This document shows positions 10,328-19,949 of a stretch of 64,000 nucleotides of DNA, one piece after another; within the stretch, counting starts at the first letter, position 1; every line of letters starts with the position of its first letter. A program made the position numbers and the translations under genes. Origin of the DNA: Thermodesulfobacteriota bacterium. Its GTDB lineage: Bacteria > Desulfobacterota_D > UBA1144 > Nemesobacterales > JAJCZQ01. Below the pieces are notes generated by a model. The model saw only the letters and a program-made list of their open reading frames with translations, searched no databases and was not told the DNA's origin. The DNA is taken from positions 64,001 through 128,000 of the forward strand of contig OZ244044.1 of NCBI GenBank assembly GCA_965215275.1, given 5' to 3'.

Positions 10328-10684
10328 ATGCGAGTTAGAAAAAGCGTAGCATCAAGAAAGAGAAGAAAAAGGGTTCTGAAACTTGCCAAGGGATACTGGG
10401 GGCGAAGAAAGAACAATTTACGAAGAGCAAAGGAAACTTTAAGAAGGGCATTTGCCTATGCTTACAGGGACAGAAGACGAAGAAAGCGGGATTTCAGAAG
10501 ACTCTGGATAATAAGGATCAATGCTGCTGTCAGACCTTTTGGTATATCTTACAGCAGGTTCATTAATGCTTTAAAGCGATCAAATGTAGACCTGGACAGG
10601 AAATCCTTATCTGAAATGGCTATAAGGGACCCAGAGGCATTTAAATGCGTGGTCGAGGTTGCAAAAGGAACATCAGCTAAATGA
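10328..10684 (+). CDS. rplT: 50S ribosomal protein L20
   Basis: AKGYWG, YAYRDRR, FRRLWIIRINAA and LDRKSLSEMA motifs. Confidence 0.99.
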   Translation: MRVRKSVASRKRRKRVLKLAKGYWGRRKNNLRRAKETLRRAFAYAYRDRRRRKRDFRRLWIIRINAAVRPFGISYSRFINALKRSNVDLDRKSLSEMAIRDPEAFKCVVEVAKGTSAK

Positions 10685-11342
10685 TCTCATCACTGAAGTC
10701 GTGCGGGTCTTTATTCAGCGGGCATTTATCACAGTTTGCTCTCCTGCCACAGTGATCCTTCCCGACCTTTATGATAAGTGCGTGGTATTCATTAAAGGCA
10801 GCATGGTCTTCTTCAAGGTTTTGCATAAAGATCTCCTGCATCTCATCGTAAGAGCAGTTCATGGGTATCATACCGTGCCTGTAAAGTATCCTGTAGGTGT
10901 ATTTATCAACTACAAAAACAGGTTTGTTTAGTGCGTACAACAGGATGGTGTCGACCGTTTCGGGACCTATACCGTTTATTGACAGCAGTCTGTTCCTGAG
11001 TTCGTTTTTGTCTGCATGCATCATGTTTTCCGTCTTACCGTCAAATTCCCTGTTTATAAAGTTCAGGATACTTTTCAGTCTGAACGTCTTTTGATTGTAG
11101 TATCCCGAGGGTTTAATTAGTTGAGTCAGCTTTTCAGCTGGCAGATCAGAAAGATTTCTTTCATTTAAGACCATGTGGGACTTTATATTCCTGATCGCCA
11201 GTTCAGCGTTCTTCCATGCGGTGTTCTGGGTCAGTACCGCTCCGACCACGCATTCAAAGGGACTGTCCGCAGGCCACCAGTTTTGCGGTCCGTAGTGTGC
11301 AAAAAGGTATTCGAATATATCGTTTATTCTTTTATTCAGCAC
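10677..11342 (-). CDS. Endonuclease III-related HhH-GPD DNA glycosylase
   Basis: WWPADSPFE, GAVLTQNTAW, GIGPETVD and VVDKY motifs; the C-terminal Cys cluster has only three Cys. Confidence 0.9.
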   Translation of the reverse strand: MLNKRINDIFEYLFAHYGPQNWWPADSPFECVVGAVLTQNTAWKNAELAIRNIKSHMVLNERNLSDLPAEKLTQLIKPSGYYNQKTFRLKSILNFINREFDGKTENMMHADKNELRNRLLSINGIGPETVDTILLYALNKPVFVVDKYTYRILYRHGMIPMNCSYDEMQEIFMQNLEEDHAAFNEYHALIIKVGKDHCGRRANCDKCPLNKDPHDFSDEII

Positions 11343-11441
11343 TGACCTATACCGTTATTTATCTGTGAACTTTAAGTGATCAAAGTAAGTCTGAGCATTT
11401 TTAATAAAAAGGTATCTGAACATTAACGGGTTACAGAAGCG

Positions 11442-14400
11442 TCAGAAGTCAAAGTGGTAGAATATATCCACTCCTGTATTACTGCCTCCGATCACACTGT
11501 TGATCAGAAAGGAATCGGTAAGATCATATTCTATATTTACTTTGTTTTGAAGATTGGGTGATGAAGTGGTAATTACTGACAGTTCCCGTTTGTAGGACAC
11601 GTATAATCTGTCATTAATAAATGAACCCACTTTAACCTGTGGTTGAGAAAAATTCCCCTGCTTGCTGTTCTGTATACTGACGACGTGGATAATACTATCC
11701 AGTCCCAGTTTTGGCAGAATAGACGCTGTAAGTTCCTCCATAGCTATGCTGGAGGCAAGTTCCTGAGAGAGATGTCTCTGGTCGGAACCTAATTTCGCAT
11801 TTGGAATTCCGAAGATCAGATACGATATTATGTCTTCTTTGCTCATAGGAGGCGTGCTGGACAGATTGATCGTCGGGTCTTGAGCTTCTCCGACTATATT
11901 GATCAGGATATTCCTGTCCTGGATCTCATAATCAGCGGTCAGGTCGACCTGTGGGTTGAACTCTTCAATGGACGGGAAATTCAGAAAGCCTTTTTTTATC
12001 TTGAACAGTTTGCCAAAAACCGTATAGTTGCCTTTTTTAGTGCTGATGGTTCCGGATATAACATGAAATGCTCCAAAATCCTTGCTGATATTCAGGTCCC
12101 CTGCGACCGCCACCTTGGCATTTTGTTGAGAAATCCACGTATTGTCCGGTATATTAAGTTCGAGGTCGGCTGCAACGTTGTTCTTGTAGTAAGTCCCGTC
12201 TTGTTCAGCAGTTTCGTGTTTTGTTTCAGGAACGTCCACAAAAGTTATATCACTGGAGATTTGCTCTTCGCGTTGACTTTTGATCTCGATCTCAAGGTCG
12301 TTCGGTTCTAATTTTCCCGTCAGTCTGATCTTCCAATTTTTGCCTTTTAGAGCAAGGATGCCGTTTAACTTCGTGTCGAACAGCGTATACTTGATATAGA
12401 AATCATCCAGGTTTATATCCGCCTGGTATGTGAAGTTATCTAAGTTGGCGTCTCCGGATACTTTAGCTTTTCCCTCACTTGAGGTAACTATGGTTTCCAG
12501 GAGAGTTGCACGGTTGTTTTTAAAATCTATTACTGCATTGTTCGCACTGATGGAGTTTTCCAGAAGTGGGGTCAGTATGCTGGTATTTTCAAGTTTTGAA
12601 GTGCCGTTCAGCTCAGGAGCGAGAAGGGAACCGGTTACAAGAAGATCGGTCGTCAGATTTCCGTAAAGCTCCTTTATATAAGGTTCGAATAAAAGCAGGG
12701 GAGATATGTCCATACCATTGAGTTTCATTTTAAGATCCAGTTCTGCCTCCATGAGTTTGCTCAGATCATAAAAATCGATCGGGGATCGAACAGTTCCACT
12801 TACTACCGAATAGGTACCGTCCTTGTTCTTGTCTCTCAGATTGATCCTGGTCTTGTTTTCCAGTCCCGTGATCTTTATACTTGGTGAAAAACGATACTGG
12901 TCATTGATCATGATACTGTCAGAACTGCTGATCAGTGATACCCTGGGTTTACTGAGATGACCGCTCAGGCTGAACTCCAGGTCGGCATATCCCTGTATAT
13001 TAACGTCGTTTGGCAAAAGGCTGGAGACAGAAGCGAGGTTTATGCTCTTTACTTTGATCATAAGATCGGACTGTTTGTCGTTGTAGCTTAGGTAACCATC
13101 TGCATATATCTCGCTTTTTCCATTTTTCAGTAACAGGGAATGAATATCGGTCCTGTTCGGACCAAGAGAGATCGTTAATGTTTCCGTATTGGATAAAGAC
13201 TGCCCGCCCAGATCCAGATCAAGAGTATGTATATCTATTTTTTTATTACTGTTTTCAAAATTATAAACGATGAGATCGGAAACCATTCTTTCGGTATCGC
13301 TGAACTGACCGTTTAAATGGACCTTGACGTCCTGACTGAACGTCTTTGCCATGAACTTTAATGTCTTCAGGTATGTATTGCCGTATTCGATCTCGTGAAG
13401 ATCTGAATTTATATCAAAGTCCAGTACTTCGTTCTTCCGAAATTCAGTGGAAAGATCTATCTTACCCTCTTTAACGTAAAACTTGTTCCCGTATTTCAGT
13501 CCTGAAATATCCGCGTTTACGTTCATCTTCGGGTTTTTCATGCTGCCCGTCAGGGTACCGTTCAGCTTTACCGCTCCTCCGGGTTTTACTTCTTTGTTAT
13601 AAAGATTGTTTAAGAAGGCGATGTCTTCTGATGAGGCGTTAAAAAGCACGTTAATGCTGTTTTCCTCATCATTTTCACCTTGCATCTCCAGGGAAAAGAA
13701 ATTTGAAGAGACGTTCAGGAACAGTCTTTTAAGGTTCTGTCCGTCGTATATTGAGTCTATACTGCCTCTGATCAGCGAGATCCCGTACATGGTTGAGTTA
13801 TCAAAGCTTCCCTTAACGGTAAGTGCAAGATCGTTTTTGGTCTCTTTGTAAGGAATATCACCGGAGACTTTCAGATCTGAGTTCAGCAGGACCGAGCTGT
13901 CGGACAAGGCGAGCAGAGAGGAAACGGGGAATTTATATGATCTGGTTTTCAGATCGAAGGTGAAACGGTCGGCAGAGACCTGCACCCGGCCGTCGGCTTT
14001 CAGAGGGTTTTGTTCATCGACCCTTAAGTTCAGATCAGAAACGTCAAAACTGGCCGTAAAGTTGCTTTTATCAGACCAGGAACCCTTTACCGCGAAAGTG
14101 GTATCGGCTTTGAGATCGTTATGGACCTTCAAAAGTCCGGACCTGATACCTATAGTTTTGAACAGGTCCTTTATTAACAGGTCGTCAAGGTCTGTATTGA
14201 GGTAATATTCATTGATCTTTTCTCCGGTAAGGAGCTGCTTAACGTCAACGTACCCATCAACGCCTGACCTGCCCAGTTCATAATTAATGTCCCCTTTTAT
14301 ATCTATCCTTGTACCGTTCATCCTGATATCCTTAAATGACGCCTGTAACCGGTTATCTCTTATTGTGGAATTAGTGATATCTACGTCTGCTTCCGCGGCG

Positions 14401-15242
14401 ATATTGCTCAGACTGTATATCTTCGCTTTGGTTTTGATATTTGCATTGAACGTCCCAATGCCGTCATAGCTGTATTCATCAAGAAGAACATCTGCCGTGA
14501 TCTCGGGAAAACTAAAATCGTTCACAGTCCCGCTGCTTCTTATGTCCATCCCGTTTACAGACCCTTTGAGATCTTCAAAAGTCGCCCCGTGCGTTGTTAT
14601 AATGGCGTTTGTTTTAATGTCTCTGAATTTTAAGTTGCCAAGTTTATTAAAATCGACGTTCAGGTCATAGGCATCTACAACGAACTTCTTATTTAATTCG
14701 ATCAGATCGATCGATAATCTGGAATCATAAAATAAAAACGTCAGATATCTGTCTTTAAGACCGTCATCGATTATCACCTTTGATCTGCTGATCGAGGCGT
14801 TGCTCAGATATACGTTTATCGGTTTTTCCCCGTCCTGCTTTTTTTTCCTTGTCTTTATTTTTCTGAAATTCCATATACCGCTTTCATCTCTCGTTATATT
14901 GATCTCTGCACCACTTACCCTGGCTTTTCTGAGGGGTATATCTCCATTTATGAAAAAAGACAGTAAGGAAGGCAGGTAATATTGAGCGGTTATCTCTTCT
15001 ATTTTTACAAGAGCTGTTTCTTCGGTTATCAGCTCAACGTCCCTGAGGGTTATATCGTATATTATGCTTCCCTCTATACTTCCGATATGGAACCTCTGAT
15101 CGATAGAGGAACTTACCTTGCTGTTTACAGTGGTCCTCAGAAATTCCTTAAAGTGATGAGTCTGAACGTATGTTGCCGCTGCGATGATCAGAGAAGCTAC
15201 AGAGAATATTATTATCAGCAGTGTAGATGAAATAGGCCGCAT
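11442..15242 (-). CDS. tamB: Translocation/assembly module TamB-like protein
   Basis: N-terminal TM anchor, long beta-rich body, C-terminal LSSTPPMSKEDIISYLIFG and GVDIFYHFDF. Confidence 0.85.
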   Translation of the reverse strand: MRPISSTLLIIIFSVASLIIAAATYVQTHHFKEFLRTTVNSKVSSSIDQRFHIGSIEGSIIYDITLRDVELITEETALVKIEEITAQYYLPSLLSFFINGDIPLRKARVSGAEINITRDESGIWNFRKIKTRKKKQDGEKPINVYLSNASISRSKVIIDDGLKDRYLTFLFYDSRLSIDLIELNKKFVVDAYDLNVDFNKLGNLKFRDIKTNAIITTHGATFEDLKGSVNGMDIRSSGTVNDFSFPEITADVLLDEYSYDGIGTFNANIKTKAKIYSLSNIAAEADVDITNSTIRDNRLQASFKDIRMNGTRIDIKGDINYELGRSGVDGYVDVKQLLTGEKINEYYLNTDLDDLLIKDLFKTIGIRSGLLKVHNDLKADTTFAVKGSWSDKSNFTASFDVSDLNLRVDEQNPLKADGRVQVSADRFTFDLKTRSYKFPVSSLLALSDSSVLLNSDLKVSGDIPYKETKNDLALTVKGSFDNSTMYGISLIRGSIDSIYDGQNLKRLFLNVSSNFFSLEMQGENDEENSINVLFNASSEDIAFLNNLYNKEVKPGGAVKLNGTLTGSMKNPKMNVNADISGLKYGNKFYVKEGKIDLSTEFRKNEVLDFDINSDLHEIEYGNTYLKTLKFMAKTFSQDVKVHLNGQFSDTERMVSDLIVYNFENSNKKIDIHTLDLDLGGQSLSNTETLTISLGPNRTDIHSLLLKNGKSEIYADGYLSYNDKQSDLMIKVKSINLASVSSLLPNDVNIQGYADLEFSLSGHLSKPRVSLISSSDSIMINDQYRFSPSIKITGLENKTRINLRDKNKDGTYSVVSGTVRSPIDFYDLSKLMEAELDLKMKLNGMDISPLLLFEPYIKELYGNLTTDLLVTGSLLAPELNGTSKLENTSILTPLLENSISANNAVIDFKNNRATLLETIVTSSEGKAKVSGDANLDNFTYQADINLDDFYIKYTLFDTKLNGILALKGKNWKIRLTGKLEPNDLEIEIKSQREEQISSDITFVDVPETKHETAEQDGTYYKNNVAADLELNIPDNTWISQQNAKVAVAGDLNISKDFGAFHVISGTISTKKGNYTVFGKLFKIKKGFLNFPSIEEFNPQVDLTADYEIQDRNILINIVGEAQDPTINLSSTPPMSKEDIISYLIFGIPNAKLGSDQRHLSQELASSIAMEELTASILPKLGLDSIIHVVSIQNSKQGNFSQPQVKVGSFINDRLYVSYKRELSVITTSSPNLQNKVNIEYDLTDSFLINSVIGGSNTGVDIFYHFDF

Positions 15243-15457
15243 AATCCTAAAAAATATCTTATTAGATTACAACTTACAATCCAGTAGCATGAACTTGTTT
15301 TATTTAAAAGGTATATTTCTGCTTTTTTAGTGGTACAATACTTACAACTGCAGGAATTCCTTTAAGTGAGTTTAAGGGTTGTTCAGTTAAATTATTGCAA
15401 TCATATACTCCTCTGCGGTTTTTAACTTGACTTTAATATTTACGAGCACAGTACACT

Positions 15458-16813
15458 ATGATCAGATTGCTGAAAATACCGCTCATACTTATCGTTGCTG
15501 GATTTATTGTTGGATATGTGATTTTACCGGTCCTGCCGAAGTTCGAATGGGACCCGCCCGAGGTGAAGTTTACCAGCAATACGGGATATATTGGACTGAA
15601 CCCGTTTGAAATATCTTTGGTGGACAGTGGCGCGGGACTGAAAAGCGCCATGGTTTACCTGAGTGATGAGAACACTGAGACCTTAATAGCGAATAAAAAC
15701 TATGGTCCCGGGGTCAGTAAAGACAGCATCATTATAAAAATAGATAAAAAAACAGGGATTGAAGAGGGTAAGGTCGGGTTAAAAGTGGTTGTTGAGGATC
15801 ACTCGCTTATAAGATTTTTCAAAGGTAATGTAACCAGCCTGGAAGTGACCTTTAACCTTGATCTTCAGCGTCCAAGGATAAAAGAGTTATCAGGCGCCCA
15901 GTATATAACGCACGGCGGGTCGGGTTTTATAATTTACAGATCTTCCAAAGACACAAAAAAAAGCGGGATAAGGGTCGGAGATTATTTTTTTCCTGGTTAC
16001 AGTGGTTATTTTAATGATTCAACCCTGTACGTCTGCTTTTTTGCCTATCCTTATGACCTGGGTAACGATGGAGAGGATATGTACCTGTACGCGGTCGATG
16101 TAGCTGGAAATGAGATGTCAACTCCCATATTCTATAAACTTTTAAAAGCCAGCTACAAGCAAAGCACCCTGGTTATAAGCGAAAAGTTCATTTTGAAAAA
16201 AATGCTTCCTTTTATTGAAGAGCAGGTGGATGATCCCGAAGACAGGGTTCAGGAGATATTTCTTACGGTTAATAACAAGATGCGCAGGGAGAGTAATAAA
16301 AAGATCGAGGAAATAACAAAACAATCAAAAAACCAGAGATATTGGTCTGGAAAATTCCAGCAGCTGTCGAATTCAAAGGTCATAGCGACTTTTGGGGACA
16401 AGCGAACTTACATTGTAAAAGGCGAGAACATCGATCAGCAGTACCATCTTGGCTACGACCTTTCCGTTACAAGGAAATATCCGGTTGAAGCTGCTAATGA
16501 CGGGGTCGTAACGTTTGTAGGAGAGGTTGATATTTACGGCGACTCGGTGATCGTGGACCATGGACTGGGAGTTATGTCCCTTTACTCTCATCTGAGCTTG
16601 ATCGTGGTGAATGAAGGAGATGAAGTAAAGAAGGGTTCCATAATAGGCAGGACCGGCACCACGGGTTTTGCAATTGGCGATCATCTGCATTTTGGTATGT
16701 ACGTTCACGGTGTACCCGTAAGACCGCTCGAATGGTGGGATGCTAAATGGATCGATGAAAAAATATACAGCCGGATCGAGTTTATACAGATGAGAGATGA
16801 GGCAAATAACTGA
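15458..16813 (+). CDS. M23 family metallopeptidase
   Basis: HLGYD, VDHG, YSHLS and HLHF zinc motifs; N-terminal TM. Confidence 0.92.
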   Translation: MIRLLKIPLILIVAGFIVGYVILPVLPKFEWDPPEVKFTSNTGYIGLNPFEISLVDSGAGLKSAMVYLSDENTETLIANKNYGPGVSKDSIIIKIDKKTGIEEGKVGLKVVVEDHSLIRFFKGNVTSLEVTFNLDLQRPRIKELSGAQYITHGGSGFIIYRSSKDTKKSGIRVGDYFFPGYSGYFNDSTLYVCFFAYPYDLGNDGEDMYLYAVDVAGNEMSTPIFYKLLKASYKQSTLVISEKFILKKMLPFIEEQVDDPEDRVQEIFLTVNNKMRRESNKKIEEITKQSKNQRYWSGKFQQLSNSKVIATFGDKRTYIVKGENIDQQYHLGYDLSVTRKYPVEAANDGVVTFVGEVDIYGDSVIVDHGLGVMSLYSHLSLIVVNEGDEVKKGSIIGRTGTTGFAIGDHLHFGMYVHGVPVRPLEWWDAKWIDEKIYSRIEFIQMRDEANN

Positions 16814-16836
16814 TACGTCGTCCGGAGCACTGAAGC

Positions 16837-17559
16837 TTGATCGTTTATGGCAGAAATCCGGTATTGGAGATCTTAAATTATGATCCCGCCTCAATTAAGG
16901 AAATATTCTTATCCCGCACCAGTTCCTCTGAAAAATTTACCGAAATAGTTCGAACCGCAAGAAAGAAAGGAATAAAACTGTCTTTTGTGGAAAGGGACAG
17001 ATTAAATATCCTGTCCGATACCTCAAAACATCAAGGTATGGCCGCGGATATAAAAGAGTTCCGATACGCTTGCTTTAACGATCTGTTAAAAAGAAAGGAG
17101 AATGTATTTTATCTTATACTTGACCATTTGGAGGACCCTAATAATCTGGGAGCGATTATAAGGACTTCCGCTTTCTTCAGCGTTGATGGTGTTTTACTTC
17201 CAAAGAACAGGGCAGTGGGGGTTACACCTGCCGTGATCAAGACCTCCTCGGGTACGACTGCAGCAACCCCGATCTGCAGAGTAGGCAGTTTAAAAAACGC
17301 CATAGATGAGTTAAAAAGGAACGGTTTCTGGATAGTTGGTGCTGATGCTTCTGCGGAAAAAGCGGTTTATGACCTTGATACTGATGGTTTAAAGCTCGCA
17401 CTGGTAATAGGGAACGAAGGCAGGGGTATTGGTAAAGGAATTAAGGACGGGTGCGATTTCCTGGTATCTGTTCCTAAGACCGGAGATACTGACTCTTTGA
17501 ACGTCTCTGTTGCAACGGGAATTATGATATATGAACTGACAAGGTCAAAAAGGACTTGA
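16837..17559 (+). CDS. rlmB: 23S rRNA Gm2251 methyltransferase
   Basis: HQG, DPNNLGAIIRT, IGNEGRG and SLNVSVA SPOUT motifs. Confidence 0.93.
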   Translation: MIVYGRNPVLEILNYDPASIKEIFLSRTSSSEKFTEIVRTARKKGIKLSFVERDRLNILSDTSKHQGMAADIKEFRYACFNDLLKRKENVFYLILDHLEDPNNLGAIIRTSAFFSVDGVLLPKNRAVGVTPAVIKTSSGTTAATPICRVGSLKNAIDELKRNGFWIVGADASAEKAVYDLDTDGLKLALVIGNEGRGIGKGIKDGCDFLVSVPKTGDTDSLNVSVATGIMIYELTRSKRT

Positions 17560-17585
17560 AAAAAACAACAATGGTCCGTTGATTT

Positions 17586-17942
17586 TTACGTGCTTGAGAA
17601 CTGCTTGTTTATAATACTGTTGTAGTAAAAATCGATCGTATGCTCAAGTGACTTTAAAAACAGATCAATGATTTCCTGCTGACCTTTCTCCGATCTTATA
17701 AATACTGAAGCGTCTGCTTTTTTATCTAATATGAGCTTTAAGTTTTCGGAGACCGACTCGGCAAAGTTTTCCCTGTCGTTGTTTAAAGCTATTTCTATTA
17801 AAGCCTGGTCCTGAGCGTCATATTTTCTGTTTGTAATTGCGGCCGACAGGCTGCCGATGAGTTCTTTAGTTACAGACCCTTTATAATTCTCCTTCAAAGA
17901 GGTTTCAAAGATCTTTATGAGCTCTTCAGTATAAATAGCCAT
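17586..17942 (-). CDS. Hypothetical protein
   Basis: 118-aa ATG ORF with normal composition; fills an intergenic gap. Confidence 0.65.
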   Translation of the reverse strand: MAIYTEELIKIFETSLKENYKGSVTKELIGSLSAAITNRKYDAQDQALIEIALNNDRENFAESVSENLKLILDKKADASVFIRSEKGQQEIIDLFLKSLEHTIDFYYNSIINKQFSST

Positions 17943-18021
17943 GGATGTTCGGTCGTTCAGTAAAGATCAGGGAATTATATCTGATGTTGCCCGAGATTAA
18001 AAAACAAGCGTCAATTCTTTT

Positions 18022-19574
18022 GGGATTTATATACTTAAGTACCAAACAAAGGATTTAACATATAAATGGGATTGTAATATAATTACAGAGGAATGGATAG
18101 TGAAAAGAGGATAATTAAGCAGACGAGGACTGACCGCAGAGTGATTGGATTGAATCACCCTTCAACTCATAAGGGTTTGGAAAGGACTTTGGACCAGCTT
18201 ACTTATCTGTATAACTGTGCTCTGGAAGAAAAGAAAGAAGCGTACAAAAAATACAAGAAGCTGAAGAAGTGGGGTTTGTCAGAAGAGAGATTACAGATGT
18301 ATTTCTACCCACAATGGGAGTTTGGTACTTCATACAACAAGAAGAACAGAGTTAAATATCTGGAAACAGTTTATGAAGCAGTTAACAGGTTTGTAAGTAA
18401 TATCAGACCTTGTGATGATCCAGTTAACTGGAGAGAGTTAACTGAACAGGAGATGAAGAAGAAGTCAGTAAGTTATGAAGATCAGGCGAAGTCGCTGACG
18501 GAGATAAGGAATGATGTTTTATTGAAAGAATTCAGCAAGGCAGGAGTTCAGGCACAGCAAAGGACGTTAAAGAGAGTGGATAAGGCTTACAGTGATTATA
18601 TTAAAGGATTGAGAGGCAGTCCTAGATATAAGAACAGCAGCAGGAAGGTAAGAAGTTTTGAAACATATACATGGGGAAATGTAAAGAAAGGAGAGAGAAG
18701 GACATATTTAACGGTAAAGGGAGCAGGCAGGATCTCATTCAGGGGAAGCATACCGGAAGGAACAAAATACATAAGAATATTAAGAACAGCTTTAAGAGTG
18801 GAGGTTCAGTTTGTTTACGAGAAGATAGCTGGAGAGGACAGAGGACTGGACAGACCTGTAGGAATGGACCTTGGAGTAAGGAACAGGATTGCTTTATCAG
18901 ATGGGTCGTTTTACAAGGGAACTGAAGTAAGCAGAAAGAAAGACAAAAGAAAGCAAAGAGCAGTTTCAAGAGCTGAGAAAAGTTCGAACGGCAGAAAGAA
19001 GAAGATAAAGCTGCTTACGAAGGAACGAGCAAGAACAGCAATGAAGGAACATAACAAAGTTCACAGGTTAACTACAGAACTGTCAAGAGCGTATAATTTT
19101 GTTATATCAGAAGATCTGAGATTAAGGGATATGAGCAGATCGGCAAAGGGGAACGTGGGAGATCCGGGTAAGAAAGTAAAGCAGAAATCTGGATTAAACA
19201 GGTCCTTACGGGAACAGCAATTGGGCAAGGTATTAGATCAGCTTGAATACAAGGTTAAAAGCACTGGTGGCAAGCTGATCAGGAACCCGGCTCAATATAC
19301 GTCACAGACCTGTTCTGAGTGCGGATACAGAGATAAAAGGAACAGAAGAGGAGAAGTATTTAAGTGCGTGTATTGCGGTCATAAAGACCATGCAGACACG
19401 AATGCAGCTATAAACATTTGCAATAGTGAAAACACGCTATGTCGGGTGGGACAGCCAGACTTGAGCTCCCGATGCAGGCTGTAAATGTTTTATCAAAAGA
19501 GAACAGGGAATCAAGAGGGACTCTGCTTGCAGAACAGTATGTTTAGTACTTGTGTGCTAAAGTATATAACTCCC
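18022..19574 (+). mobile_element. Non-autonomous tnpB-only element (IS200/IS605 superfamily-like); boundaries approximate
   Basis: tnpB with no adjacent tnpA; hairpins at both ends; 15-bp inverted repeat (14/15 match) at 18022-18036 and 19560-19574. Confidence 0.7.
18093..19484 (+). CDS. tnpB: RNA-guided endonuclease TnpB
   Basis: LYNCALEE; RuvC-I GMDLG, RuvC-II SEDL, KSGLNRS; zinc ribbon TSQTCSECG...FKCVYCG; RuvC-III HADTNAAINI. Confidence 0.95.
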   Translation: MDSEKRIIKQTRTDRRVIGLNHPSTHKGLERTLDQLTYLYNCALEEKKEAYKKYKKLKKWGLSEERLQMYFYPQWEFGTSYNKKNRVKYLETVYEAVNRFVSNIRPCDDPVNWRELTEQEMKKKSVSYEDQAKSLTEIRNDVLLKEFSKAGVQAQQRTLKRVDKAYSDYIKGLRGSPRYKNSSRKVRSFETYTWGNVKKGERRTYLTVKGAGRISFRGSIPEGTKYIRILRTALRVEVQFVYEKIAGEDRGLDRPVGMDLGVRNRIALSDGSFYKGTEVSRKKDKRKQRAVSRAEKSSNGRKKKIKLLTKERARTAMKEHNKVHRLTTELSRAYNFVISEDLRLRDMSRSAKGNVGDPGKKVKQKSGLNRSLREQQLGKVLDQLEYKVKSTGGKLIRNPAQYTSQTCSECGYRDKRNRRGEVFKCVYCGHKDHADTNAAINICNSENTLCRVGQPDLSSRCRL

Positions 19575-19590
19575 TAACCAGATAAGCATT
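19430..19590 (+). ncRNA. Putative omegaRNA (reRNA) scaffold plus flanking guide
   Basis: Overlaps the tnpB 3' end. Complementary pairs TCGGG/CCCGA, ACAGCC/GGCTGT and TGCAGGC/GCTTGCA; terminal hairpin TTTAGTAC-TTGT-GTGCTAAA. Position is typical of TnpB guide RNAs; limits are uncertain. Confidence 0.6.
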
Positions 19591-19602
19591 AAGGAGAGAG
19601 AA

Positions 19603-19773
19603 ATGGGAGACAAATTTAGAAGGGATATTCAGGATATTATGGACAGGTTTTCTAAAGAGCAAGATGCCAAATTTGCTGAACAGAGTGCCAAGATTGCTGA
19701 ACAAACTATTAACCTGACAGCAGAAATCAAACGATTACTGGAAATTAATAAAAACCAGCAGAAAAACCAGTAA
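19603..19773 (+). CDS. Small 56-aa coiled-coil protein
   Basis: RBS AAGGAG; MGDKFRRDIQDIMDRFSKEQDAKFAEQSAKIAEQTINLTAEIKRLLEINKNQQKNQ; below the ORF-track cutoff. Confidence 0.55.
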   Translation: MGDKFRRDIQDIMDRFSKEQDAKFAEQSAKIAEQTINLTAEIKRLLEINKNQQKNQ

Positions 19774-19949
19774 TTCTCCTGTTACCTTCTTTGATCAGCA
19801 TTAAATAACCTGTATCTGCCAATGTATAAACTCTGAATCTGTTAGATTTGATTCATCCAGGTCCACTTTTTAAGAAAAATATACTTACTGCTCCGTTAAA
19901 AAGCAGTGCGAAAAAAATATAAAATTCCCTTCTTTTAAATAACGTTCCT

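Noticed and set aside
18093..19484. Nuclease-dead TldR-type regulator or Cas12f
   Set aside because: The RuvC D-E-D residues are all present and no CRISPR array is adjacent
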